The notes under the pieces were generated by a model. The model ran no database searches and had not been told where the DNA came from. It saw nothing but the letters and a program-made list of their open reading frames with translations. Both the position numbers and the translations under genes were made by a program. Shown piece by piece: positions 19,595 to 27,376 of a stretch of 64,000 bases of DNA; the first letter of the stretch is position 1; the number at the start of each line of letters is the position of its first letter. Origin of the DNA: a virus; the IMG/VR virus record IMGVR_UViG_3300032240_002475, positions 1-64,000 of that record; one strand, written 5' to 3'.

Positions 19595-20356
19595 ATGAAA
19601 CTAAAACAATTATTTGTCGGATTTATTTCCTTATCAGTAATCCTTGCATCTTGTTCCAAAGAAGAATCTTATGTGCCAAAACAAGAGGCCGTTACAGAAA
19701 CTATGTCTGTTGCCCCGATGGCAACGACAACTGTTGCAACTTCAGTTGAAACTCCAAAGGCATATATTTTTATTGAGCCTCAATCAAAACTTAGTTTAAT
19801 TGTTAATTATTTAAAAACGACACCTCACAGTGTTCAAACAACATTAAACACACCATTCTATGGGTTTTTTACTGGGTCACCAATCAAAACAACAAATTAC
19901 ACTGACTTGTTAAATTATGTTGATATGCCGTATTGGTATAATGGAACATTACCTTCAGTTGTTCAATCAGAAATTCCACAATCGTCTGGTGGTGTTGATT
20001 CATATGGTAACACAAAAACCGCATATAACTTTTTAACTATCAAAATTAATAAAGGAACCCTTGACGAATATGCATGGGTTACAGTTTTAATTCCAACAAG
20101 TGCAATGTCAAATGACAGTAAAAAACAAGTTAAAATTGCTTACTACAGTAAGAACGAAAATGTTATAACATCAAGTGGTAATAACACTCAGACAGTTTTT
20201 AGTACTAATTCTACGTTATATTCTTATGTATTAAATTACACAGGAACACGTATTCCTAAAGGACAATATAGAGTATATAGTACTTATGGTGGTACTGAAA
20301 TGAGAGTTAAATTTAACACTACAAATGACGTTTATTTCAGAGGAGCATCGAATTAA
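19595..20356 (+). CDS. putative lipoprotein
   Basis: LASC lipobox followed by SKEE; TATCTTTG box upstream. Confidence 0.75.
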   Translation: MKLKQLFVGFISLSVILASCSKEESYVPKQEAVTETMSVAPMATTTVATSVETPKAYIFIEPQSKLSLIVNYLKTTPHSVQTTLNTPFYGFFTGSPIKTTNYTDLLNYVDMPYWYNGTLPSVVQSEIPQSSGGVDSYGNTKTAYNFLTIKINKGTLDEYAWVTVLIPTSAMSNDSKKQVKIAYYSKNENVITSSGNNTQTVFSTNSTLYSYVLNYTGTRIPKGQYRVYSTYGGTEMRVKFNTTNDVYFRGASN

Positions 20357-20390
20357 TTGACTTTGGGTATATTTATATTATTATAAGACT

Positions 20391-20489
20391 ATGGAAAACA
20401 TGAACTTAAATACTAATTTGGGCACACCGACAACTCCTAATGGAGATGGGGGCACTATGTGTTTATGTTCAGAGGCAAGTGGTTGGTAA
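20391..20489 (+). CDS. tRNA-operon leader peptide 1 (MENMNLNTNLGTPTTPNGDGGTMCLCSEASGW)
   Basis: 32-codon ORF; residues 5-22 are 16/18 N,T,P,G,D, matching the downstream tRNAs. Confidence 0.75.
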   Translation: MENMNLNTNLGTPTTPNGDGGTMCLCSEASGW

Positions 20490-20510
20490 TTAAAAATAAA
20501 GCCAAATATT

Positions 20511-20543
20511 AAAACCCTGAACATTGAAAGTTCGGGGTTTTTT
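20511..20543 (+). terminator. attenuator terminator 1
   Basis: AAAACCCTGAAC-ATTGAAA-GTTCGGGGTTTTTT; its 5' arm also pairs with ATGTTCAG at 20465-20472. Confidence 0.85.
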
Positions 20544-20563
20544 ATTTACCTTTGTTAAACAAT

Positions 20564-20637
20564 CGGAGAGTAGTACAGTCAGGTAGTATGCTTGGTTTGG
20601 GACCAAGAGGTCGTAGGTTCGAATCCTGCTTCTCCGA
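20564..20637 (+). tRNA. tRNA-Pro(TGG)
   Basis: CGGAGAG acceptor; CTTGG-TTTGGGA-CCAAG; GGTTCGAATCC. Confidence 0.93.
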
Positions 20638-20645
20638 CATAAATT

Positions 20646-20717
20646 GTCTCCTTAGCTCAGTGGTAGAGCTCTTCGCTGTTAACGAAGAAGTCCAAGGTTC
20701 GAATCCTTGAGGGGACG
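20646..20717 (+). tRNA. tRNA-Asn(GTT)
   Basis: CTTCG-CTGTTAA-CGAAG; standard D and T arms. Confidence 0.93.
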
Positions 20718-20801
20718 CGACGGGTAGGGTGGAAAAAATTTCCAATGTTGTAGTATCGTGGATGGAGAAATCCTGAAGCATAAACGGACAAAAAGAAAGA
20801 A

Positions 20802-21287
20802 ATGAAGAGAAAAGTTTTCTTATTGACGTTAGTGTTGTTCTTTATAGGTTCACCACTAAAAACAAGTGAGATGTTGGCACAAACAAAAGAAAATGTTCAA
20901 GAGAACATAACACATGAAAGTTTGTACGAACAGATAATTAAATTTGGTATTAAATTTCCTGATGTTGTGTTTGCACAAGCAGTATTAGAGTCAGGAGATT
21001 TTACCTCAAAGTTATTCCAATCAGCGAACAACTTGTTTGGTATGAAAATACCATCAGAACGTGAATCAGCGGCAATTGGTCAAACCAAAAGCGGGTATTC
21101 AAAATATGACGATTGGAATTTTAGTGTATATGATTACTTTTTGTGGCAAGATTATATGTTAAAAAAACATGGTGATTTGACAAAATCTCAGTATCTTGCA
21201 CTACTTGGTAGGATATATGCTGAAGACAAAAAATACATTAGTAGTATTAAACGAGTAATCGGAGAGCACCAAAGTATTTTGAATTAA
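20802..21287 (+). CDS. glucosaminidase (GH73/FlgJ-like) peptidoglycan hydrolase with signal peptide
   Basis: AQAVLESG, NNLFGMK, YAEDKKY motifs. Confidence 0.85.
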   Translation: MKRKVFLLTLVLFFIGSPLKTSEMLAQTKENVQENITHESLYEQIIKFGIKFPDVVFAQAVLESGDFTSKLFQSANNLFGMKIPSERESAAIGQTKSGYSKYDDWNFSVYDYFLWQDYMLKKHGDLTKSQYLALLGRIYAEDKKYISSIKRVIGEHQSILN

Positions 21288-21290
21288 AAT

Positions 21291-21364
21291 GGGATGTTAG
21301 TAGAGTTGGTTACAATGCGTCCCTGTCACGGACGAGGTCACGGGTTCGAGTCCCGTACGTCCCG
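21291..21364 (+). tRNA. tRNA-Asp(GTC)
   Basis: CGTCC-CTGTCAC-GGACG; GGTTCGAGTCC. Confidence 0.93.
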
Positions 21365-21421
21365 CAAAGCAGATAAAATGTGTAGTAACTGCAGAGAAGG
21401 TACCTCTCACTACACTCTTAA

Positions 21422-21494
21422 GCGGAAGTAGCTCATTTGGTAGAGCACCGTCCTTCCAAGTCGGGGGTGGCCAGTTCGAGCCTGGTCTTCCGCT
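21422..21494 (+). tRNA. tRNA-Gly(TCC)
   Basis: GCGGAAG/CTTCCGC acceptor; loop CTTCCAA. Confidence 0.92.
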
Positions 21495-21546
21495 CATAGG
21501 GTCTGAGGGAGTCCCTTAAACGGATAAATAACGTGTCCCTCTCATT

Positions 21547-21620
21547 GCTTCCTTAGCTCAGCAGGCCAGAGCAACTGATTTGTAATCAGTAGGTCGTCAG
21601 TTCGATTCTGACAGGAAGCT
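21547..21620 (+). tRNA. tRNA-Thr(TGT)
   Basis: ACTGA-TTTGTAA-TCAGT; GCTTCCT/AGGAAGC acceptor. Confidence 0.93.
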
Positions 21621-21634
21621 CAAAATTTTTATTT

Positions 21635-21868
21635 ATGAATATTTTTATTGCTTATTACGTTATATGCGTAATTTATTGTTTCTATCAGTTATTTAAAAAC
21701 CTTAGTAAAAGGTATAGTGATGACCCAACAGGTGGTTCGCCTGAATTAGATACTATCATGGTTATTATGATGGCTTGGGTCTTAGCACCTATTGATGTAT
21801 CTTTGACTTGGATTAGATGGTACAAAGAAGCAGAAATTGCAAGAAAAAAACACACAAAAGTTTTTTAA
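21635..21868 (+). CDS. small membrane protein
   Basis: Two hydrophobic segments. Confidence 0.6.
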   Translation: MNIFIAYYVICVIYCFYQLFKNLSKRYSDDPTGGSPELDTIMVIMMAWVLAPIDVSLTWIRWYKEAEIARKKHTKVF

Positions 21869-22216
21869 ATGGCACACCCTAATGTACATGCTAAATCATC
21901 CGCCAAAAAATTTGGTGGAAAACCAGAAGATTATATTCATCTCCATGAATGGTTAGATGAAACAAAAGGATGGTTTGGGGATTCTCTTCATAGAATGTTT
22001 AGACATCATAGTGAAGGTATTTTTGAGATGGAAAAACGTTTTGGTGTTGAATTTAAAAACAGTGATGGTAAAACAGTTTACACTCGATATGTTGGTGAAC
22101 AACATGTAAAAGAAGATTGTAATAACTATATCCCATCAGCCAAAGAATGGGTTAATAACATTACAACAAACCAAAGACCTCAATGGATGACCAGAACACT
22201 TAAACTGGAAGACTAA
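21869..22216 (+). CDS. DUF6915-like His-rich protein
   Basis: MAHP..HAKSSAKKFGG..EDY..H.W.D..K...HR..RHH.EG, EQHVKED. Confidence 0.7.
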   Translation: MAHPNVHAKSSAKKFGGKPEDYIHLHEWLDETKGWFGDSLHRMFRHHSEGIFEMEKRFGVEFKNSDGKTVYTRYVGEQHVKEDCNNYIPSAKEWVNNITTNQRPQWMTRTLKLED

Positions 22217-22227
22217 TATTTATTATC

Positions 22228-22968
22228 ATGGCAAGAAGAAAAGTAAATTCGTTTAAATTATTAACTCCTGAAGATAAGCAATATCTTAGAAGAGTTTGTA
22301 GATACTTAGGTTCACTCGGAATGCAAGACGGTAGCATTGAAATGGATATAGATACTGGTTTTGATTTTGATTTTTCTGATATTTATTGGGAAGAAGAAAC
22401 TCATTTTTCAAATAACTACAGCGCTGAAGTTCCTGATGGATTGACGCCAATCTTTAAAAAAATTGCAGATTACATCCAAGAAAATGATATATTTCAAAGT
22501 CCTAATGATGAGGAATTAAATTATGAAAGAATTGATTTTGATATTGATTGTGAAAGACAAGAATTATCTGTAAATCATTGGTGGACTTTCTATGCTAGAG
22601 GTGATGGTAATAGTGTTACTTGGGATGCCGAAGAAGATAAAGAAATGTTTGAAGAGTGGGAAAAAGATGGTGTTTTTGAAGACCTTACAATTCCTGATAA
22701 TGGAATATTAACCGTAAAATATAATGGTTCTGGTGATTCTGGATATATTGAGAGTAGTTTTGAAGAAACTTCCGACGGAGTTCCTACATCAATAGAAGAT
22801 TGGTGTTACAATCAACTTGAAAGAAATTTTGGTGGGTGGGAAATTAATGAAGGTTCTGATGGTGAATTTATATTCAATTTCCATGATACGACTATCGAAT
22901 TGAATCACACTTATAATACTGAAGAAAACGCAACTGACACTATCTACGAAGAAAGTTTTGCCGAGTAA
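22228..22968 (+). CDS. acidic hypothetical protein (DUF6878-like C-terminus)
   Basis: YNGSGDSG...GWEINEGSDG pattern. Confidence 0.6.
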   Translation: MARRKVNSFKLLTPEDKQYLRRVCRYLGSLGMQDGSIEMDIDTGFDFDFSDIYWEEETHFSNNYSAEVPDGLTPIFKKIADYIQENDIFQSPNDEELNYERIDFDIDCERQELSVNHWWTFYARGDGNSVTWDAEEDKEMFEEWEKDGVFEDLTIPDNGILTVKYNGSGDSGYIESSFEETSDGVPTSIEDWCYNQLERNFGGWEINEGSDGEFIFNFHDTTIELNHTYNTEENATDTIYEESFAE

Positions 22969-23012
22969 TCCTTTGATTTATTAATTTAAATTCCGTATCT
23001 TTGTTATACATT

Positions 23013-23086
23013 GGTTCGGTAGCTCAGTTGGATAGAGCAACAGCCTTCTAAGCTGTGGGTCAAAGGTTCGAATCCTTTCCGAATCA
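23013..23086 (+). tRNA. tRNA-Arg(TCT)
   Basis: ACAGC-CTTCTAA-GCTGT; own TATCTTTG box at 22996. Confidence 0.93.
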
Positions 23087-23198
23087 CAATATCATATCTT
23101 CAGGTACCCGTACCGCTAACGTAGGGTTAAATAAGATACAATTTCGTACTGCATTTGTGTAGGAGCGGGAAGTAGAATGCCTGTCTGATGTGATACAT

Positions 23199-23279
23199 AC
23201 CCCGTTGGTGGAATTGGTAGACACGCTGGTTTTAGGCACCAGTGCGAAAGCGTTAAGAGTTCGAGTCTCTTATGGGGTA
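23199..23279 (+). tRNA. tRNA-Leu(TAG)
   Basis: CTGGT-TTTAGGC-ACCAG; variable arm; TGGTGGAATTGGTAGACAC D-arm. Confidence 0.93.
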
Positions 23280-23293
23280 CAACAATTTAAGAT

Positions 23294-24010
23294 ATGTACG
23301 TACAAAACCCTTTAGTTCCCACCAGCCAAGAAAATTTATTTCATTTGGCGCCTATCCCTGTTTATATGAAAATATTTGGGGATGATGAACTTCATGATGA
23401 GGTTTATACTTTTGGGTTTGATAATTTGACCGAGCAACAAAAGTTAATGGGTCAAGAACTTCCAGAACAATACGATTCATTAAGACAATCAAATTACTTT
23501 GTAAATTACGACAGGAGAGAAATGTGGGTAGAACCTACAGAGTATAATCCCATTGGTAGTCGTTTTTGGACTCCTCCTAACGACTTTCTTAATACAGACA
23601 CACCAAATATCAAAACAATAAGAAACAGGGTAGAAAAGGGATATATGGAGCTTTTAGATATGTTAGGATTTCAACACAATAGAAAACCAAATATTACTGA
23701 GAGTTGGATTCAATATTATAACCCAACAGATGGCCGAGGTCATAATGCACACAATCATTGTAGATGGCAACCAAATGAAGAAACCATTTCCAATTTTTCA
23801 GGTGGTTATTATTTGTCTGATGGTGACCCTATTGCCGACCATCCTTATAGTGGTGTATTTACGTTTCATGTTAGAGGAATGTCTTATTTTATTAGACCTA
23901 AAAAAGGTATGTTAATCATTTGGCCATACGACATTGTCCATTCAGTTAAACCATTTTATGGTAAAACTCATAGATGTGTAATTAATTTTAATATCCAAGA
24001 TTCAATATGA
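23294..24010 (+). CDS. putative 2OG-Fe(II) oxygenase (TIGR02466-like)
   Basis: SW..Y, HNAHNH, SGGYY, P..G.LIIWP..HSV.P, R.VINFN. Confidence 0.8.
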   Translation: MYVQNPLVPTSQENLFHLAPIPVYMKIFGDDELHDEVYTFGFDNLTEQQKLMGQELPEQYDSLRQSNYFVNYDRREMWVEPTEYNPIGSRFWTPPNDFLNTDTPNIKTIRNRVEKGYMELLDMLGFQHNRKPNITESWIQYYNPTDGRGHNAHNHCRWQPNEETISNFSGGYYLSDGDPIADHPYSGVFTFHVRGMSYFIRPKKGMLIIWPYDIVHSVKPFYGKTHRCVINFNIQDSI

Positions 24011-24585
24011 AACAAATAGATTTAGATATTTTTGTGTTTCCAAAAATCATGTCTAATGAACTTATCGAAAGATTAATGTCCATTAGAAATAAAAGTGACT
24101 TTGATGGTAGATTAGATTTACACATTGAGGACAAAAACACTTTTTACATCTTTGATAATTTTTGGTTTTCCGAAATTGAATCACAGTATTTAAATCATTA
24201 CTTCAACACATATAATGTTGAAAGAGGTATAGGTTTGAATACCAGTGAAGATACAATAAAAGAATTAAAAAAATTCGTTGAAACAAAATGGAGAGATTTA
24301 TTCTTATTACATTATGCACCTCATGTTATGAATAAGGGTGAAAAAGATACTCACTGGGATTTTAGTGGATTAAGTATGGTTGGTTGTTTAACTGATGATT
24401 ATGAAGGTGGACAACTAATTTTTCCAAGACAGAGTGTAAGTTATAGATTAGATAAAGGAGACATTATAGTATTTCCAGGTGGATTAACTCACCCACATTA
24501 CGTTGAACCAATAACCAAAGGTTTTAGGGATGTGATTGTGGGACAAAGTCTTACAATAGAACAAAACCACAAAATTGATTATTAA
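24007..24585 (+). CDS. 2OG-Fe(II) oxygenase
   Basis: HWD, DYEGGQL.F, FPG..THPH.V..IT.G.R. Confidence 0.85.
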   Translation: MKQIDLDIFVFPKIMSNELIERLMSIRNKSDFDGRLDLHIEDKNTFYIFDNFWFSEIESQYLNHYFNTYNVERGIGLNTSEDTIKELKKFVETKWRDLFLLHYAPHVMNKGEKDTHWDFSGLSMVGCLTDDYEGGQLIFPRQSVSYRLDKGDIIVFPGGLTHPHYVEPITKGFRDVIVGQSLTIEQNHKIDY

Positions 24586-24587
24586 TT

Positions 24588-25244
24588 ATGGTAAGTAAAA
24601 AAGAAAAATTGGTTTTTTTGACCCCGCCAAAAACAGCGTCAACTTCATTTAATTATTGTTTGGATTCTTCTCCAATTAAATTTGATAATTTTGATAAAGA
24701 TTATCATAAACCAAAAACACATTTGTTTCTTTCTGAATTAGTTGAATGTTTTAATATCGAGAATATTGAAGAATATAAAATTATTCAAATTTTAAGGGAC
24801 CCATATGAAAGATTTGTATCGGCTTACCATCATTTTTTAGCGTTAATACCAATAACCTATAAAATAAGGGAAATGAAAATAAATGAATTTATTGTTTTTT
24901 ATAAAAATTGTTTGGAAAGCGATGATTTCATTTCTTGTATGTATGAAGACCCTGAATATGTTCAAGCATTAATTTCCCAAAAAATAAATTTTGGAGGAAG
25001 TAGGTATTTTATACCACAAGTAGATTGGAATGATTTAAATTTAAATGTTAATTATTTTAACTTGAATGACATATCAAAAGACGTATCAAAAATTTCTAAC
25101 TTTATCGGATTTGATTTAAAAGAATTAGGTGTTAAAAATGTAAATCCTGAAAGAAAACCTGCAAAAGATGTTTTGTCTGAGGAATCAATTAATATAATTA
25201 AAAATCTTTATAAGAAAGATTTTTTGACTTTTGAGAAACTTTAA
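24588..25244 (+). CDS. sulfotransferase family 2 protein
   Basis: PKTASTS 5'-PSB motif and RDPYERFVSAY 3'-PB motif. Confidence 0.85.
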   Translation: MVSKKEKLVFLTPPKTASTSFNYCLDSSPIKFDNFDKDYHKPKTHLFLSELVECFNIENIEEYKIIQILRDPYERFVSAYHHFLALIPITYKIREMKINEFIVFYKNCLESDDFISCMYEDPEYVQALISQKINFGGSRYFIPQVDWNDLNLNVNYFNLNDISKDVSKISNFIGFDLKELGVKNVNPERKPAKDVLSEESINIIKNLYKKDFLTFEKL

Positions 25245-25253
25245 CTATATTTG
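25223..25253 (+). promoter_or_regulatory. Bacteroidota sigmaA-type promoter for leader 2
   Basis: TTTG-N19-TATATTTG. Confidence 0.6.
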
Positions 25254-25269
25254 ATGTAATTATAATAAC

Positions 25270-25356
25270 ATGAACACTACAATGCAACATATAAGTTTTA
25301 GTCATCAACAAGAAATTTGTTGGTATGAAGCTATGCTTTGTAGTTCGGTCGTGTAA
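25270..25356 (+). CDS. tRNA-operon leader peptide 2 (MNTTMQHISFSHQQEICWYEAMLCSSVV)
   Basis: 28-codon ORF containing codons for all eight downstream tRNA specificities. Confidence 0.8.
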   Translation: MNTTMQHISFSHQQEICWYEAMLCSSVV

Positions 25357-25387
25357 TAGATAAGTAATTCCTGAAGAATTAATATAC

Positions 25388-25425
25388 AAACCCTGAACGA
25401 CAGAAATGAAGTTCGGGGTTTTTTT
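25388..25425 (+). terminator. attenuator terminator 2
   Basis: AAACCCTGAAC-N12-GTTCGGGGTTTTTTT; same stem as terminator 1; 5' arm can also pair with GTAGTTCGG at 25340-25348. Confidence 0.85.
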
Positions 25426-25463
25426 GTTATTTGAAATATTGGTTGTATCTTTGTGAAACAAAC

Positions 25464-25537
25464 GCTCCGTTGGACAAATCGGTTAAGTCGCATCCCTTTC
25501 ACGGATGAGATTACGGGTTCGAGCCCCGTACGGAGTA
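25464..25537 (+). tRNA. tRNA-Glu(TTC)
   Basis: CATCC-CTTTCAC-GGATG. Confidence 0.93.
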
Positions 25538-25604
25538 CAAATGACAAAGTTGGAAGTAAAACCTGTCCAAAGTCGGAAGTAAAAACAAGACAAAATCGGA
25601 AGTT

Positions 25605-25820
25605 ATGAAATATATTTTTAGAGGACATACTGTTTTTGAATATAAAGCAGATGATAAAAGGGATAAAATAGTTCAAGGAAAGATTCATGACGCAATTCCA
25701 GCGTTTGATTATTGTCATATGATTCCTGAGGACTATAAATTGTTAGGAGAATTTTTCAACACAGTTTATAGGCACACTCAGGGAGAAGATGTACCTTTGG
25801 AAGATATTGAAGTGTATTAA
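25605..25820 (+). CDS. hypothetical protein
   Basis: ORF between tRNAs. Confidence 0.55.
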   Translation: MKYIFRGHTVFEYKADDKRDKIVQGKIHDAIPAFDYCHMIPEDYKLLGEFFNTVYRHTQGEDVPLEDIEVY

Positions 25821-25821
25821 T

Positions 25822-25894
25822 GGTGACGTAGCTCAGTTGGTAGAGCACTTGCCTGAAGAGCAAGGTGTCGTCGGTTCAATTCCGACCGTTACCA
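25822..25894 (+). tRNA. tRNA-Phe(GAA)
   Basis: CTTGC-CTGAAGA-GCAAG. Confidence 0.92.
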
Positions 25895-25969
25895 CGGAGT
25901 CCCGAATTAACGGGAAACCCCCACTCCCATATGGCAGCCAGTCCGTTAACCTGGTGAAGTGGGGTAGGA

Positions 25970-26072
25970 TGTTAAGTAGTAGATATGTAAGCGGGCACAG
26001 GGCTCGGTAAATCGAAATGGTGATGATTCTCTTTACGAGACTACATTGTGGGTTCAAATCCCACCTTAACAA
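25970..26072 (+). ncRNA. tRNA-like RNA (acceptor + T-arm, non-canonical core)
   Basis: TGTTAAG/CTTAACA stem stacked on GTGGG-TTCAAAT-CCCAC. Confidence 0.55.
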
Positions 26073-26104
26073 CAAATAAATTAGTAGGATATAAAATAAA
26101 TGAT

Positions 26105-26338
26105 ATGAAAGCGATACTTGAATTTAATTTACCTGATGACCAACAAGATTTTGAGTTGGCAACTAAAGGAATGAAATTTTGGTCAGTCCTATGGGAATTA
26201 GACCAATCTTTAAGGGCTAAAACAAAATATGCTCCCGACAGTTTGCCTCAGGATAAGTACGACGCTTATCAAGAAATTAGAGATGAACTTCGTGAGTTAA
26301 TGTCAGATAATAATCTTAGTTTTGATATGGTTAAATAA
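26105..26338 (+). CDS. conserved phage hypothetical protein
   Basis: MKAILEFNLPDD start typical of small phage proteins. Confidence 0.65.
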   Translation: MKAILEFNLPDDQQDFELATKGMKFWSVLWELDQSLRAKTKYAPDSLPQDKYDAYQEIRDELRELMSDNNLSFDMVK

Positions 26339-26344
26339 AAAAAT

Positions 26345-26551
26345 ATGGAAAAAATAATACAAAATTTAGTTGAAGAAACGGGAAAATTATTAGTAGCTCG
26401 TTCAGAAGATATTGGTTATTATGGTGATATAAGTGATTTCGGAAATGAAGTTGGAGTTGTTGTAGGTCAACACTTCAAGAAAAAACAAGACATTGAAGAT
26501 TTCATCACAGGATTGAGACATGGTATTTCATTAGTAGACGGAACACATTAA
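26345..26551 (+). CDS. hypothetical protein
   Basis: ORF with A-rich leader. Confidence 0.6.
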   Translation: MEKIIQNLVEETGKLLVARSEDIGYYGDISDFGNEVGVVVGQHFKKKQDIEDFITGLRHGISLVDGTH

Positions 26552-26561
26552 AAATAAAAAA

Positions 26562-26777
26562 ATGAAAGTGGTAGTAAAAAAAGACAGTATAGATATTTTT
26601 CCTCACCTTTATGAGGGTACGGTATTACAGGATGTTAGAGAGAAAGGTATGAATTACGTTGGAGTTTTTACTTCTGTCTTTGGTTCCTATTATGTTGAAA
26701 TACCTAAAAAAAGGTGTAAAAAATATAAGGAGAAAAAAACATTAAATGGTCAGTTGGCCGAGTGGCTTAGGCGATAG
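26562..26777 (+). CDS. hypothetical protein (3' end overlaps tRNA-Cys)
   Basis: ORF with A-rich leader. Confidence 0.5.
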   Translation: MKVVVKKDSIDIFPHLYEGTVLQDVREKGMNYVGVFTSVFGSYYVEIPKKRCKKYKEKKTLNGQLAEWLRR

Positions 26778-26819
26778 TCTGCAAAACTATTTACACAGGT
26801 TCAAATCCTGTACTGACCT
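26748..26819 (+). tRNA. tRNA-Cys(GCA)
   Basis: ATAGT-CTGCAAA-ACTAT; U73. Confidence 0.92.
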
Positions 26820-26827
26820 CAAAGAAT

Positions 26828-26900
26828 GCGTGTGTAGCTCAATTGGTAGAGTACTAGTCTCCAAAACTAGGAGTTTCAGGTTCGAGTCCTGACATGCGTG
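26828..26900 (+). tRNA. tRNA-Trp(CCA)
   Basis: CTAGT-CTCCAAA-ACTAG. Confidence 0.92.
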
Positions 26901-27038
26901 CTAAAGGTTGATTGGGGAATGATGATGTAAAAACCTGGTAGTGGTTGGAATAAGACATCGTCGGAGTTTAAACTACCATGAGTAATGCCAATCATAAAAG
27001 GAGATGTCCACTGAACCATCTTCTCCTTTCCTTAATTT

Positions 27039-27121
27039 GGGAGTGTTGTCAATGCGGTAATTGGCACCTGACTGTAAATCAGGAGTCTTAGACTTCGGCG
27101 GTTCGAATCCGTCCACTCTCA
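27039..27121 (+). tRNA. tRNA-Tyr(GTA)
   Basis: CCTGA-CTGTAAA-TCAGG; variable arm. Confidence 0.92.
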
Positions 27122-27128
27122 CAATTTT

Positions 27129-27202
27129 GGACTTGTAGCTCACTCGGTTAGAGCGGCACACTCATAATGTGAAGGTAGTAGGTTCGATTCCTACCTGGTC
27201 CA
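27129..27202 (+). tRNA. tRNA-Ile2/Met(CAT)
   Basis: Loop CTCATAA; GGACTTG acceptor and TAGCTCA..GGTTAGAGC D-arm resemble lysidine tRNA-Ile2. Confidence 0.88.
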
Positions 27203-27205
27203 CAT

Positions 27206-27276
27206 TGTCCTTTAGTATAACGGTAGTACAGATGGTTTTGGTCCATCTAGTTGGGGTTCGAATCCCTGAGGGACAA
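27206..27276 (+). tRNA. tRNA-Gln(TTG)
   Basis: U1-A72 pair; GATGG-TTTTGGT-CCATC. Confidence 0.92.
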
Positions 27277-27376
27277 CAAAAAGTAATATATGACTAATAT
27301 TTGTACAATACATGAAACACTTTTAGATAAAGATGGAAGTTGCCCAAAATGTTTGGAAGAAAGTAATAAGTAATAT

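Noticed and set aside
25544-25604. Possible mini CRISPR array
   Set aside because: Repeats are about 13 bp with about 10-bp spacers, and there are no cas genes in the window
26020-26045. Ochre-suppressor anticodon (TTA) in the tRNA-like RNA, or stop-codon recoding
   Set aside because: Only a 3-4 bp stem with no D-arm; genes across the window are intact under the standard code and mostly end in TAA
20542-27161. ORF-track entries 20542-20781, 21297-21497, 25198-25461, 25305-25718, 25789-26010, 25833-26075, 26973-27161
   Set aside because: They overlap or are antisense to tRNAs and leader elements; shadow ORFs
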